NCBI GenBank assembly: GCA_021848025.1
Contig: JAJZND010000025.1
Span: 44,718-104,313 of the forward strand
DNA: 59,596 nt
Direction: 5' to 3'
Source: Candidatus Micrarchaeota archaeon
Lineage (GTDB): Archaea; Micrarchaeota; Micrarchaeia; Micrarchaeales; CABMGC01
Numbering within the stretch: position 1 is the stretch's first letter; the number at the start of each line of letters is the position of its first letter. A model generated the notes under the pieces. It saw nothing but the letters and a program-made list of their open reading frames with translations. It was not told the origin of the DNA and ran no database searches. The position numbers and the translations under genes are program-made. Of the stretch, positions 18,196-26,838 are shown one piece after another.

Positions 18196-19163
18196 TGTTC
18201 GAATACAGCGCAGGCGCATTCATATACAGAAATGATGGAGATGGCGGGAATGCAAAGAGGCTCTTCCTCTTCCTTATAAAGCCAAACAATGATCTCGACG
18301 TACCGAAGGGGCATGTCGAAGAAGGAGAGAATGCAGAAATGGCAGCCAAGAGGGAAATACTGGAGGAATCTGGAATAGAGGCGGAATTCATACCAGGCTT
18401 CATGGCCTACACCGAGTATTATTTCTATATGGATGGGAAAAAGGTTCTCAAGAAGGTCAGGTACTTCCTTTCAAAAGTATCCGGCTCTCATGTTAAGATC
18501 TCTTATGAACATAAAGGCTATGAGTGGCTTGAGGCCGCTGCCGCAATCAGGAAGCTGCATTACAGAAACATGAAGGAGCTGGTAGCCAAGGCTGACGAAT
18601 ACGCAGAAAAGCACGAACTTATGCTTAAGCTCAACAGAGAATACGCGAATCTTCCCGCCAAGGCGGAGAGATGGAGGTTAAGCAAGCGCTTTGTTCCTGG
18701 AGAAGGGCCACTGGACGCAAAGGTCTTCCTACTGGGCCAGGCGCCGGGGCTGAACGAAGACAAGCTGGGCAGGCCTTTTGTAGGAAGGAGCGGCAAGCTT
18801 CTCGATACAATGATATCGAAAGCTGGATTGAAGCGAAGCAAGGTGTACATAGCTAGCGCAGTGCAGTACTATCCTCCTAAGAACAGGGAGCCTACGAAAG
18901 AGGAAATAGCATTATGCAGGGACTTTGTGTCCCGACAGATAGCGATAATAAAGCCGGAATACGTTGTTCTTATGGGCAATACTGCAGCCGAATCCATGCT
19001 AGATTTCAGAGGCGTAGAAACAAGGCACGGAGAGATTATTGAGAAGGATGGTGTAAAGTATCTGGTAACGTTGCATCCTGCCGCAGTAGTGCGATTCAAA
19101 AAGAAAGGCAGGATGATGGAGGATGATTTCAGGCTGCTGGGCCGGCTCCTGAGGAAAAAATAA
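18192..19163 (+). CDS. Nudix hydrolase fused to a family 4/5-type uracil-DNA glycosylase
   Basis: Perfect Nudix box GHVEEGENAEMAAKREILEESGI in the N-terminal half. The C-terminal half carries UDG motifs GEGPLDAKVFLLGQAPGLNED, GRPFVGRSGKLL and LHPAAV. ATGA overlap with the preceding gene. Confidence 0.8.
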   Translation: MMFEYSAGAFIYRNDGDGGNAKRLFLFLIKPNNDLDVPKGHVEEGENAEMAAKREILEESGIEAEFIPGFMAYTEYYFYMDGKKVLKKVRYFLSKVSGSHVKISYEHKGYEWLEAAAAIRKLHYRNMKELVAKADEYAEKHELMLKLNREYANLPAKAERWRLSKRFVPGEGPLDAKVFLLGQAPGLNEDKLGRPFVGRSGKLLDTMISKAGLKRSKVYIASAVQYYPPKNREPTKEEIALCRDFVSRQIAIIKPEYVVLMGNTAAESMLDFRGVETRHGEIIEKDGVKYLVTLHPAAVVRFKKKGRMMEDDFRLLGRLLRKK

Positions 19164-19177
19164 TCTTCCAGCAAGGG

Positions 19178-19186
19178 TTATAAAAA
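19178..19186 (+). promoter_or_regulatory. TATA-box-like element upstream of tRNA-Ile
   Basis: TTATAAAAA is centred about 33 nt upstream of the mature tRNA 5' end. Confidence 0.35.
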
Positions 19187-19214
19187 CGACTACCTAATAA
19201 ATAGTGGAAGTTAC

Positions 19215-19289
<75 letters not shown>

Positions 19290-19352
19290 TTTAGAACAAT
19301 CGACGACAAAAAAGGGGTTCAAATCCAGATTTTAGGTTCGATTCTGGAAGAA

Positions 19353-19924
19353 ATGAAAGGGCGGTTCAGGGTGCGTTTTCAAAAGCTCCAAAGGCCTGAA
19401 AAACAGAGTTCGTGGTTGGATTTTCAGGACTTCCTAAAGTACATGACTGAGCTTAGCAACACAGTCTCAAAGAGCAAATTAAAACAACCCAAGACAATAG
19501 TTACAAGGGCATATGAAAAACGCTTCAAAAGAAGAAGAGAGTCTAGATACGGCACGATAAACAAAGGCCTTACTGAAATTGAGCTACAACGTTTCCTAAG
19601 AAACGTTCAAAACGAAAAGTTCATCCTTCTGTTCAAGTATCAAGCAAATTTGGGTATTCGAGTTGGCGAAGTCTGCAAATTGCACACAAGCAACATAGAC
19701 TTCTACAAACGAGAACTTACTATAAACAGCGAAAGTTTAGGCAGACAGAAGAAGTGTTTTCCACGCATAGATCAAGGTAATTACACAGGCTAACAACACA
19801 TAGCTTGCGCCACTACGCAATAACACATTTTGCTAAGTCTACCAATGGCAACTTGGTTCTAGTTTTTAGATTTGCTAGATGCGCAAATCCAAGTACCACC
19901 AATGCGCTATATAGCCAAAGATAA
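19353..19924 (+). pseudogene. tyrosine recombinase/integrase, frameshifted and internally deleted
   Basis: The N-terminal frame (19353-19793) contains box I (ANLGIRVGEVCKLHTSNIDF). A second frame (19796-19924) reads THSLRHYAITHFAKSTNGNLVLVFRFARCANPSTTNALY (box II HxLRH and catalytic Tyr). The R-to-HxLRH spacing is only about 47 codons. Confidence 0.7.
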
Positions 19925-20022
19925 AGAGAATTTATATAGAACGATAGATTTGGCATTTACAGACAAAATAACTCCGTTAAAAGGCTATCCAAGACTCTTA
20001 AGGAAGAATAATGATTAACGGT

Positions 20023-22779
20023 TTATTTAGATGCCCATTTACATATCGTTTTATATTCGCAGTTTTTACAGAAACTGGATGGTTTAGCTTCGAATTTATT
20101 ATTTTTTATTTTATTAATGATAACCTTTGCTTGGTCAAGAGCAGAATTTATGGCAACTGAAGATACATTAATCTGTTTCGTTTCGTTTTCATCTAAATTT
20201 GACACGGAGCCTTTTACTACATCCCAATCAAAACTTTTTAATCCTTCGGAGTATAGCTGCACTTGTAATTCTGAATGTTCAGGTTTAATTACTGTTTCGG
20301 ATGTTTTATAATCTCTAACCTCTATTTTATCCGGATAGCCAGCATTCAATATCACATCTACCCTCCCAGTTATAGTTGCTCCTTCTGTAGGAAATTCGAT
20401 TCGTGTTTCAGTTTCTTTTATATTTTTCATATCGCTTGAATGCTTCTGAACAAACTTATTCAGTTTTGTCTTTACTTGCTCTCTTTTCTTGTTATTTATA
20501 GCCGGAGCAGCATATGGAAGGAAAAATGAATCATTTACTGCCTGATTAACAGAATCCTTAATATTATTACCATCTTTTATAAGGCTAGATACTTGTTTTA
20601 AACTAGCATGTAGTGCAGATCCATAACCTTCGAAAGTTCCTACTCTTTGTACATATCCCCAATCTTTAGATAGCCTATAATGGAATGGGCACACCACATA
20701 ATCTATTAGTTCTTTTACAGGAAATGCTTCTAGAGATTCTTCTTTTCCTTTACTTGCAATTTCTGATTTGCTTATGTTCAAAGTCTTAAGATTTTTTAGT
20801 GTTTCGTATCCGCCATTTATAATATTGAAGAAACTGCTTTCTTTACAACTTGTTCCGCTCTGATAACTATTAAATGTAGATAGTACTAGGATATTCCTTG
20901 CCCTAGTAGTTGCAACGTAAAATAGACGTTTTTCATCATCTTCACTGCCCAAATAACGCTCATAATCAAAAAGCGCTTTAGGTATCATCCATCTTGTATC
21001 TGCATCTCCCTTTCGATTTGAAGGAAATCTTCTATTAATCATAGCCGGAATAAAAACAATAGGCCATTCAAGTCCCTTTGCTTGATGGATTGTCATTATG
21101 TTAACGCAGTTGTTAGAGATTCTCTCATCTGCCTGCTTTTCTTCATATGATAATATTGCATAATTGTTTAAAAATTTGCAGAGTTCCCATAACTCACTTT
21201 CAAAATTTCTTTTGTAGCCGCCCAACCTAAAAGTTGACTGGAAATCACCAATTATATTGCTAAATCTACCTAGATTAGCCATTATAGATGCGTCAAAATC
21301 CATTTTAGGATCAAAATTCTTATATCCGAGTATATCAAAAAGGTCATATAAAATATCTTTGTACTGGTATTTGTCACTAACTCCATTATTAACTACTTGA
21401 TTTTTCCATAACCTAAGTTTTCTTTCAAGATCAACCGGATTAATCTTAAACTTTACAGAATTACACCACAATTTTATACCAGTTTTAAGTAAGACTTCCT
21501 TTTCATCTCTCTTTTTCCAATTATATGCATCCGTCTGCCAGTAACCTTTTTGCGATAACCAAACAACAAACCTTCCAACAGCTTGTGTATCATCTCTTTT
21601 AAAGAGACCGATAGCACCACCTACTAAATATGGCACCCTATTTTCTTTTAATTCGCTAATTAGTTGAGATGCAGAAGTCTTAACGCTTCTATAAAGGATT
21701 GCTATATCGGAGTAATTTGCTTTCTTAGTCATTACCAATTCTTTTATCTTCTGAGCTATTGTTCGCGCTTCTTCGGCTTCTGTATGAAATATTGCCTTTA
21801 CTACATGTCCATTTTCTGACCTCTCTGGAGTCATCTCTTCAAACGCTGTACTATCCAAAGTTCCAGATATCAAATTTGATACTTTAACTATTTTTTGCGC
21901 ACTTCTTCTATTTTGGGATATTTGTATCCTTTTAACATTCTTGAAATCTTTATAGAACCTGTCAAAAAAAGAAGAATCGCCTCCTCTCCATTGGTATATA
22001 CTTTGTCTTGGATCGCCTACGATAGACACGGATGCAGATTTGCCTATTATCTTAATTAATTCATATTGGGCTTTGTTTATATCTTGAAATTCGTCTACTA
22101 TTAGATTTTTTATAAAATTAATCAGTTTTGGATCATTTCTGATTTCATTTATAACTTTATATATAAGCAGATTAAAAGTAAGTTTGTGGTTGTCCTCAAG
22201 TAATTTTTCATATCTTTCTATCATCTTTAATGTATGTTCTGACTGTTTTTTCAAAACACCTCTTTCGATCAATTCTCCATAAACTACATTAAGTGTTTCT
22301 AGAAAAGCATTGCATTTTTTGAAGTATCCCCCATGGACATCTAATTCGTTACTATTGAATCCGATATTATATCCTTCTCTAAGTAAAAAAGCCATTTCCT
22401 GATTTTCATCAAAGGTGGAGTAATTTGAATAATGGTCATGCTCTTCTAAAAGTCTAGAACAGAATCCATGTATTGTGCCGATGTATATTTGCCCGAATTT
22501 TTTCAATAAGTCCTCTCTCTTAAAATCATTAAGTCGCTGATGTACTCTGCTTTTAATGCTTTCAGCAGCTTTCTCGGTAAATGTAAACGCTACAAGAGAT
22601 TTAGGATCACAGTTTTTAACTATTAAGTAATATAGAATTTTTCTTGTCATTGTTTCAGTTTTACCTGAACCTGCCCCTGCTACAATTTGTAAATATCTAG
22701 AATCAGAAACAACCGCTTGTTTTTGCTGCTTTGAGAGTGGATAAGGTTTGTTAAGTACCTCTTCTAGTGGCTTGTTCAT
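20023..22779 (-). CDS. SF1 UvrD/Rep-like helicase fused to a C-terminal Cas4/AddB-like PD-(D/E)XK nuclease with a 4-Cys (Fe-S type) signature
   Basis: Helicase motifs: I VAGAGSGKTE, Ia AFTFTEKAAESI, II LIVDEFQDIN, III VGDPRQSIYQWRGG, V IMTIHQAKGLEWPIVF, VI LFYVATTRARNILVL. Nuclease: CPFHYRL ... GRVDVIL ... IEVRDYKTS ... QVQLYSEG ... CKNCEYKTICKW. Confidence 0.85.
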   Translation of the reverse strand: MNKPLEEVLNKPYPLSKQQKQAVVSDSRYLQIVAGAGSGKTETMTRKILYYLIVKNCDPKSLVAFTFTEKAAESIKSRVHQRLNDFKREDLLKKFGQIYIGTIHGFCSRLLEEHDHYSNYSTFDENQEMAFLLREGYNIGFNSNELDVHGGYFKKCNAFLETLNVVYGELIERGVLKKQSEHTLKMIERYEKLLEDNHKLTFNLLIYKVINEIRNDPKLINFIKNLIVDEFQDINKAQYELIKIIGKSASVSIVGDPRQSIYQWRGGDSSFFDRFYKDFKNVKRIQISQNRRSAQKIVKVSNLISGTLDSTAFEEMTPERSENGHVVKAIFHTEAEEARTIAQKIKELVMTKKANYSDIAILYRSVKTSASQLISELKENRVPYLVGGAIGLFKRDDTQAVGRFVVWLSQKGYWQTDAYNWKKRDEKEVLLKTGIKLWCNSVKFKINPVDLERKLRLWKNQVVNNGVSDKYQYKDILYDLFDILGYKNFDPKMDFDASIMANLGRFSNIIGDFQSTFRLGGYKRNFESELWELCKFLNNYAILSYEEKQADERISNNCVNIMTIHQAKGLEWPIVFIPAMINRRFPSNRKGDADTRWMIPKALFDYERYLGSEDDEKRLFYVATTRARNILVLSTFNSYQSGTSCKESSFFNIINGGYETLKNLKTLNISKSEIASKGKEESLEAFPVKELIDYVVCPFHYRLSKDWGYVQRVGTFEGYGSALHASLKQVSSLIKDGNNIKDSVNQAVNDSFFLPYAAPAINNKKREQVKTKLNKFVQKHSSDMKNIKETETRIEFPTEGATITGRVDVILNAGYPDKIEVRDYKTSETVIKPEHSELQVQLYSEGLKSFDWDVVKGSVSNLDENETKQINVSSVAINSALDQAKVIINKIKNNKFEAKPSSFCKNCEYKTICKWASK

Positions 22780-22820
22780 CCCATCACTCGACTTGTTTAT
22801 GTTACTAAAAATGGAATATT

Positions 22821-23753
22821 TTAGTAAAACTTCATATCTTGCAAGATTTGCTGTTTATTCTTATCTTGCAGTTGATTTATCCTCTTCTGAGCAAGGTCTA
22901 CATAATCTTTATTAACATCATAGCCAATGTAGTGGCGGTTGAGTAGCATTGATGCCAAAGCAGTTGTACCGCTTCCCATGAATGGATCAAGTACGTTTTC
23001 ACCTTCAAAAGTATACAGTTTTATACACCTTAGAGGTAGCTCGAGTGGAAATGGTGCTGGATGTCCAACTCTGGTAGCTGACTCGGCATTAAATGACCAG
23101 ATGCTTTTAGTGAGTTCTATGAATTCCTCCTTTGAAATAGTGGATTTCATATTTTCTTTAATACCTCTTGTGAAGCTTTGCTTTGAAAATATTAGTATGT
23201 ATTCATGAGCATCTCTTAGGACTGGATTCTTAGCTGATAAATATGTACCCCAAGCGATAGAAGAGCTTACACTTGCTCCTTTATCCCAAATTACTTCACC
23301 GCGCATAAGGAAGCCTAGCTTTTGCATGTCTTCAATTATGAAGGCGTGTAGCGGTATGTATGGTTTCCTTCCCAAATTTGCTACGTTTATGCAAACTCTG
23401 CCTCCCGGCACAAGCACTCTTTCTACTTCTTTCCATACATTTGACAAAAATTCTCTATATTCATCTAACGATAGTTCTTTGTCATAGAGCTTGCCTACGT
23501 TATATGGTGGTGAAGTTACCATAAGATGAACGCTATTGTCTGGCAGCTCTACCATTTTTTCAGATGATTTACAAAATATCTTATCTATTGAGCTAGTAGG
23601 TAGCGGATTCTCAGTAAAGTCTACATTTTCCTTCTGTTTAGGTAGATTTTCGTATAGCCTGCCGCTATAAAATTTAGATGAGTCATGATTAGCTCGACTC
23701 GGACTGCCGAAAGAACTCGTTGAACTTCCATTTTTTTTAGGTTCTGAAGACAT
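22821..23753 (-). CDS. DNA methyltransferase, beta class (motif IV before motif I), SPPY type, probably N4-cytosine (N6-adenine not excluded)
   Basis: Motif IV LMVTSPPYNVGK lies in the N-terminal half and motif I VLDPFMGSGTTA near the C-terminus. It directly abuts the upstream ORF (23753/23754). Confidence 0.9.
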   Translation of the reverse strand: MSSEPKKNGSSTSSFGSPSRANHDSSKFYSGRLYENLPKQKENVDFTENPLPTSSIDKIFCKSSEKMVELPDNSVHLMVTSPPYNVGKLYDKELSLDEYREFLSNVWKEVERVLVPGGRVCINVANLGRKPYIPLHAFIIEDMQKLGFLMRGEVIWDKGASVSSSIAWGTYLSAKNPVLRDAHEYILIFSKQSFTRGIKENMKSTISKEEFIELTKSIWSFNAESATRVGHPAPFPLELPLRCIKLYTFEGENVLDPFMGSGTTALASMLLNRHYIGYDVNKDYVDLAQKRINQLQDKNKQQILQDMKFY

Positions 23754-24386
23754 TCATTCTTCACCCCATAAATCAACCCATCTCTTGTATGGATTATACT
23801 GTATTATAGCTTTAGTCCACTTAATTATTATCTCTTTTGTTTTGCTATCGGTTATTATAGCTTTGAGTGCTTCTTTAGTTATTTCGACTCCTCGTGGATT
23901 AGTTCCTGGCTTAGGCAATTTTATGTATTTTTCTCTACCTAGTTTCTCAAAAATTTTCTTCTGGACTTCTAGTGGTATATTGTATATGCCGCCTTCTCCT
24001 TCCCAGTTTACATGAACAAATATCATATCGCAGCTTGGATTATATGTTTCTGAAAACTCCTTTGCCTTTATTGCATCTACTGTCCAGATAAGTTTTACTC
24101 CGCTAGGTTCTTTTCCTGTTATAGTTTTTATTGAGATTGGTTTTCCAAATAGTTTTACATCTACTTCAGCTTCGGTTATAGGCAGCTCTGTTTCAACGTT
24201 CTTTTCTCCAAATTTGTATATTAAGAAAGCACTGATTATGCTTTCTCTGATCGACCCTACTTGCATGCCTACTTTTCCCGCTCTGGAACTTTCTAATTCG
24301 GCAAGATGGAACATGTGCGGAAGTCTCTTTTGCATCTTATTTTTGACGTCTTCATTATCAAATGCTTTATACAGCTCATTTATCAT
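23754..24386 (-). CDS. probable type II restriction endonuclease partner of the methyltransferase
   Basis: 210-aa ORF with zero intergenic distance to the methyltransferase. It has a PD-(D/E)XK-like string ELPITEAEVDVKLFGKPISIKT. No other recognisable motif was seen, so the call rests mainly on context. Confidence 0.45.
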   Translation of the reverse strand: MINELYKAFDNEDVKNKMQKRLPHMFHLAELESSRAGKVGMQVGSIRESIISAFLIYKFGEKNVETELPITEAEVDVKLFGKPISIKTITGKEPSGVKLIWTVDAIKAKEFSETYNPSCDMIFVHVNWEGEGGIYNIPLEVQKKIFEKLGREKYIKLPKPGTNPRGVEITKEALKAIITDSKTKEIIIKWTKAIIQYNPYKRWVDLWGEE

Positions 24387-24417
24387 TTTGATTCCCTGCT
24401 TCTCTCAAATGAAACAA

Positions 24418-24942
24418 TTATTCTTTTAGCACAAGATTCTTTATTATGATGTTTATTATTTTATAGGTTGTGAAAAAGGCAAACTCTGCGTCTTCCGGAT
24501 TTATTGTTCTTCCTATATGCCTACCACCAAGCTGTAAGAAAGCCCATAGCTTTGAATATATGCTATCTATAGTGTCTGCTGATGTCTCAGAGTCAACATA
24601 AATTGCATCAAAATTTATTTTACCATATGCCATAAACTCTGGCTTTGTATGCTGAACTATTCCCTTTATTTTCTCTAAAGCTCGCTGGCAGTTAGCCAAC
24701 ACATTTGGATAATCACTATCAGCTAAATCTCTCCAACTGAAGTTTATGTAGTTTACGAGGTCCAGCCATGCCTCAGCATTTAATTTTGGTATTTCTACCA
24801 GAAAAACCTCATTGTAGTTTAATATACTAAGAATATTTTCTATCCATATGCTCTTTGGTATCGTATAATCTATAATTAGTAAATGCCTGATTTTCAGTAA
24901 AAGTAGGCTGTTGGTTTCCTTCTTGATAACTCTCTGCTTCAT
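24418..24942 (-). CDS. hypothetical protein, first gene of the island cassette
   Basis: 174-aa ORF, co-oriented and 31 nt upstream of the candidate endonuclease, with AT-rich island composition. It looks mostly helical. A weak HEPN-like string is present (SDYPNVLANCQRALEKIKGIVQH). Confidence 0.4.
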   Translation of the reverse strand: MKQRVIKKETNSLLLLKIRHLLIIDYTIPKSIWIENILSILNYNEVFLVEIPKLNAEAWLDLVNYINFSWRDLADSDYPNVLANCQRALEKIKGIVQHTKPEFMAYGKINFDAIYVDSETSADTIDSIYSKLWAFLQLGGRHIGRTINPEDAEFAFFTTYKIINIIIKNLVLKE

Positions 24943-25180
24943 AAGAAAATTTTAGCTCTACCCTAAAAACCAAATTATTTCCATTCATTATCTTTTCCAC
25001 TTGTTTAAGTATATTGTAATCTATGACAGTATAAAACTATAATTTGCATCTCCTCCTAGTAATCTTATGAATGCTGCATCAAGAAACATATTTCCAACAT
25101 ATATTGCTCTTCTTCTATCCTCGCCGAGAATATGAAGTTTAGCTATCATGTTAGATAAATATGCATTATTGCGAATAGAG

Positions 25181-25208
25181 GGTATAATCTTCAAATAGGC
25201 ATTGCCCA
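25181..25208 (+). repeat. degenerate direct repeat of the tRNA-Ile 3' half (candidate attR scar)
   Basis: GGTATAATCTTCAAATAGGCATTGCCCA aligns with tRNA 19261-19289 GGTCATGAGTTCAAATCTCATCGGGCCCA. By hand alignment with two small gaps, about 18 of 28 columns match (GGT, TTCAAAT, CAT, G, CCCA blocks). It sits where the composition returns to the flanking level. Confidence 0.4.
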
Positions 25209-25252
25209 ATATTATATGTTACAGACATATGATATGAGAAGAGAGTAATATT

Positions 25253-25807
25253 ATGAATAATGACAAAAATTCGCATGCGCATGACATCTTAAAAGTTACC
25301 CAGGTAGAAAAGCAGTTTATAGATGCGATAGAAGAAAATAGCAGATATATCAGAGCCTCTGAAGGCGTGGATTTAGGAGCAGGCGGTGGAAGGTTTTCAA
25401 AGATACTGAGCAGATACATAGGAAAGTTGTACAGCGTTGATGTGTCTGACGAAGCAATAGCAGCAATGCGCAGGAACCTGGCAGGGCTTGAAAATATAGA
25501 GATAATTAAGGTGCCAAGAGATGCCTTGCCATTTAAAGACAGCAGCATAGGCCTTGTCTTCGCAGCAAACTCTTTCCATGATGTTCAGACTGGATATGAA
25601 AGAGAAATAAGCAGGGTTCTGAATAGCGATGGCAGATTCATAGACCTTGATTGGAAGAAGGAAGAGACCGCATTTGGCCCGCCGGTTTCAATAAGATTCT
25701 CTGAAAATGACGTAATAGGCAAGTTAGAAAAGCAGGGCCTTGTTCTTATCAAGAAGCAGGATCTTGGAACCCATTATATGCTTATCTTCTCAAAGGCAAA
25801 AATCTAA
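25253..25807 (+). CDS. class I SAM-dependent methyltransferase
   Basis: Motif I VDLGAGGGRFS, post-I acidic YSVDVSDEA, motif II/III region GLVFAANSFHDV. Confidence 0.75.
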   Translation: MNNDKNSHAHDILKVTQVEKQFIDAIEENSRYIRASEGVDLGAGGGRFSKILSRYIGKLYSVDVSDEAIAAMRRNLAGLENIEIIKVPRDALPFKDSSIGLVFAANSFHDVQTGYEREISRVLNSDGRFIDLDWKKEETAFGPPVSIRFSENDVIGKLEKQGLVLIKKQDLGTHYMLIFSKAKI

Positions 25808-25916
25808 TCTATAAATATTGCATCATGGTGTTTACGCGCCATGACAGTTTGCAGATGGCATTTAAAGGGCCTCTGAAAAAAGAAGCATATTTTAGGCTTG
25901 AGGTTGACTATCTCTA

Positions 25917-26807
25917 ATGACCAGGGAATCTTCAGAGCCTCTGAATCTTGTTGATTTTATGGGATCTCTTCGCAACTACTTGAAATTAATGCAGTTTAAG
26001 ATTGTTGCACTCCTTGTGATTTCCTCTATCGGAGGCTTTTTTGTAGCTTACAAAGGCAGCATACGGGACCCGCTGATGAGTATTGCACTGGTAATCCTTG
26101 GAATAACTGCCTGCGCCTCTGGGGCTGAGCTGATGAACAAGGTGCTGGAGAGGGATATTGACAGCAAGATGGAGAGGACCAAGAACAGGCTAACAGTGAG
26201 CAGGAAGATAAATGCCAATTACGGAATGGCATATGGAATAGCTCTCACCGCACTCGGAACCGCTGCTGGTTATATAGTAAATCCGCTGACTGCGCTGATG
26301 ATGGTGCTAGGCGTAGCCTTTTACATCATAGTCTACACAGAAGTGTTGAAGAGAAGGAGCAGGTTCAGCGTTATAATAGGCGGGCTCGCCGGAAGCTTTT
26401 GCGTATTGGCAGGCGTAACCGCAGCTGCAAACAGTATTACCGTTCCGGGGCTCTTGCTCAGTCTCCTTGTGCTTTTCTGGATTCCGGGGCATATATGGTC
26501 ATTTGCAATCAAGTACAGGGAAGACTATAACAAAGCAGGAGTACCCATGCTTACCGCAGTAGTTAGCCCCAGGACAGGTGCAACAATTATTGCTTTTTTC
26601 AACATTTTCATGGCTCTTCTCTCGGTATACCTTGCGCTGGAACTCGGAATGTATTATGCTGCAATAATAGCAATACCGCTTGCCTTAATACTCTACCTCA
26701 GCTTTAAGGCATTCCTGAACAGCGCAGGAGCATGGCCGCTCTTCAAGTTCTCTTCAGTGTACCTTATGTTCGTATTTATAGCGGTAATTCTGGCAAGGCT
26801 CGCATGA
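25917..26807 (+). CDS. ctaB: protoheme IX farnesyltransferase (heme O synthase), UbiA superfamily
   Basis: NKVLERDIDSKMERTKNRL matches the CtaB/CyoE-type D-x-D-x-x-M-x-R-T-x-x-R motif. The protein is polytopic with about 8-9 helices. Confidence 0.75.
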   Translation: MTRESSEPLNLVDFMGSLRNYLKLMQFKIVALLVISSIGGFFVAYKGSIRDPLMSIALVILGITACASGAELMNKVLERDIDSKMERTKNRLTVSRKINANYGMAYGIALTALGTAAGYIVNPLTALMMVLGVAFYIIVYTEVLKRRSRFSVIIGGLAGSFCVLAGVTAAANSITVPGLLLSLLVLFWIPGHIWSFAIKYREDYNKAGVPMLTAVVSPRTGATIIAFFNIFMALLSVYLALELGMYYAAIIAIPLALILYLSFKAFLNSAGAWPLFKFSSVYLMFVFIAVILARLA

Positions 26808-26838
26808 AGATATAGGCAAGGAAACGCCAACACGTATC

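Larger units (their letters stand above)
19290..25208. mobile_element. AT-rich integrated genomic island at the 3' end of tRNA-Ile (decayed integrase plus defence cassette)
   Basis: It starts directly after tRNA-Ile and holds a tyrosine-recombinase remnant. There is a strong composition drop: hand count 18/60 G+C for line 20041, against 34/60 for line 18661 and 26/60 for line 25921. A degenerate direct copy of the tRNA 3' half lies at 25181-25208. Confidence 0.65.

Noticed and set aside
19314-19344. T-arm-like fragments GGGGTTCAAATCC and GGTTCGATTC just downstream of tRNA-Ile, considered as a second tRNA or a tandem att scar
   Set aside because: They share only 9 nt (GTTCAAATC) with the tRNA-Ile T arm. 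No acceptor or anticodon arms can be folded around them.
25021-25209. 62-aa minus-strand ORF at the island edge with a faint HAD-hydrolase-like string (AIYVGN..D)
   Set aside because: It is too short and too weak to call. It lies in AT-rich non-coding-looking sequence and overlaps the candidate attR scar. At best it is a gene fragment.
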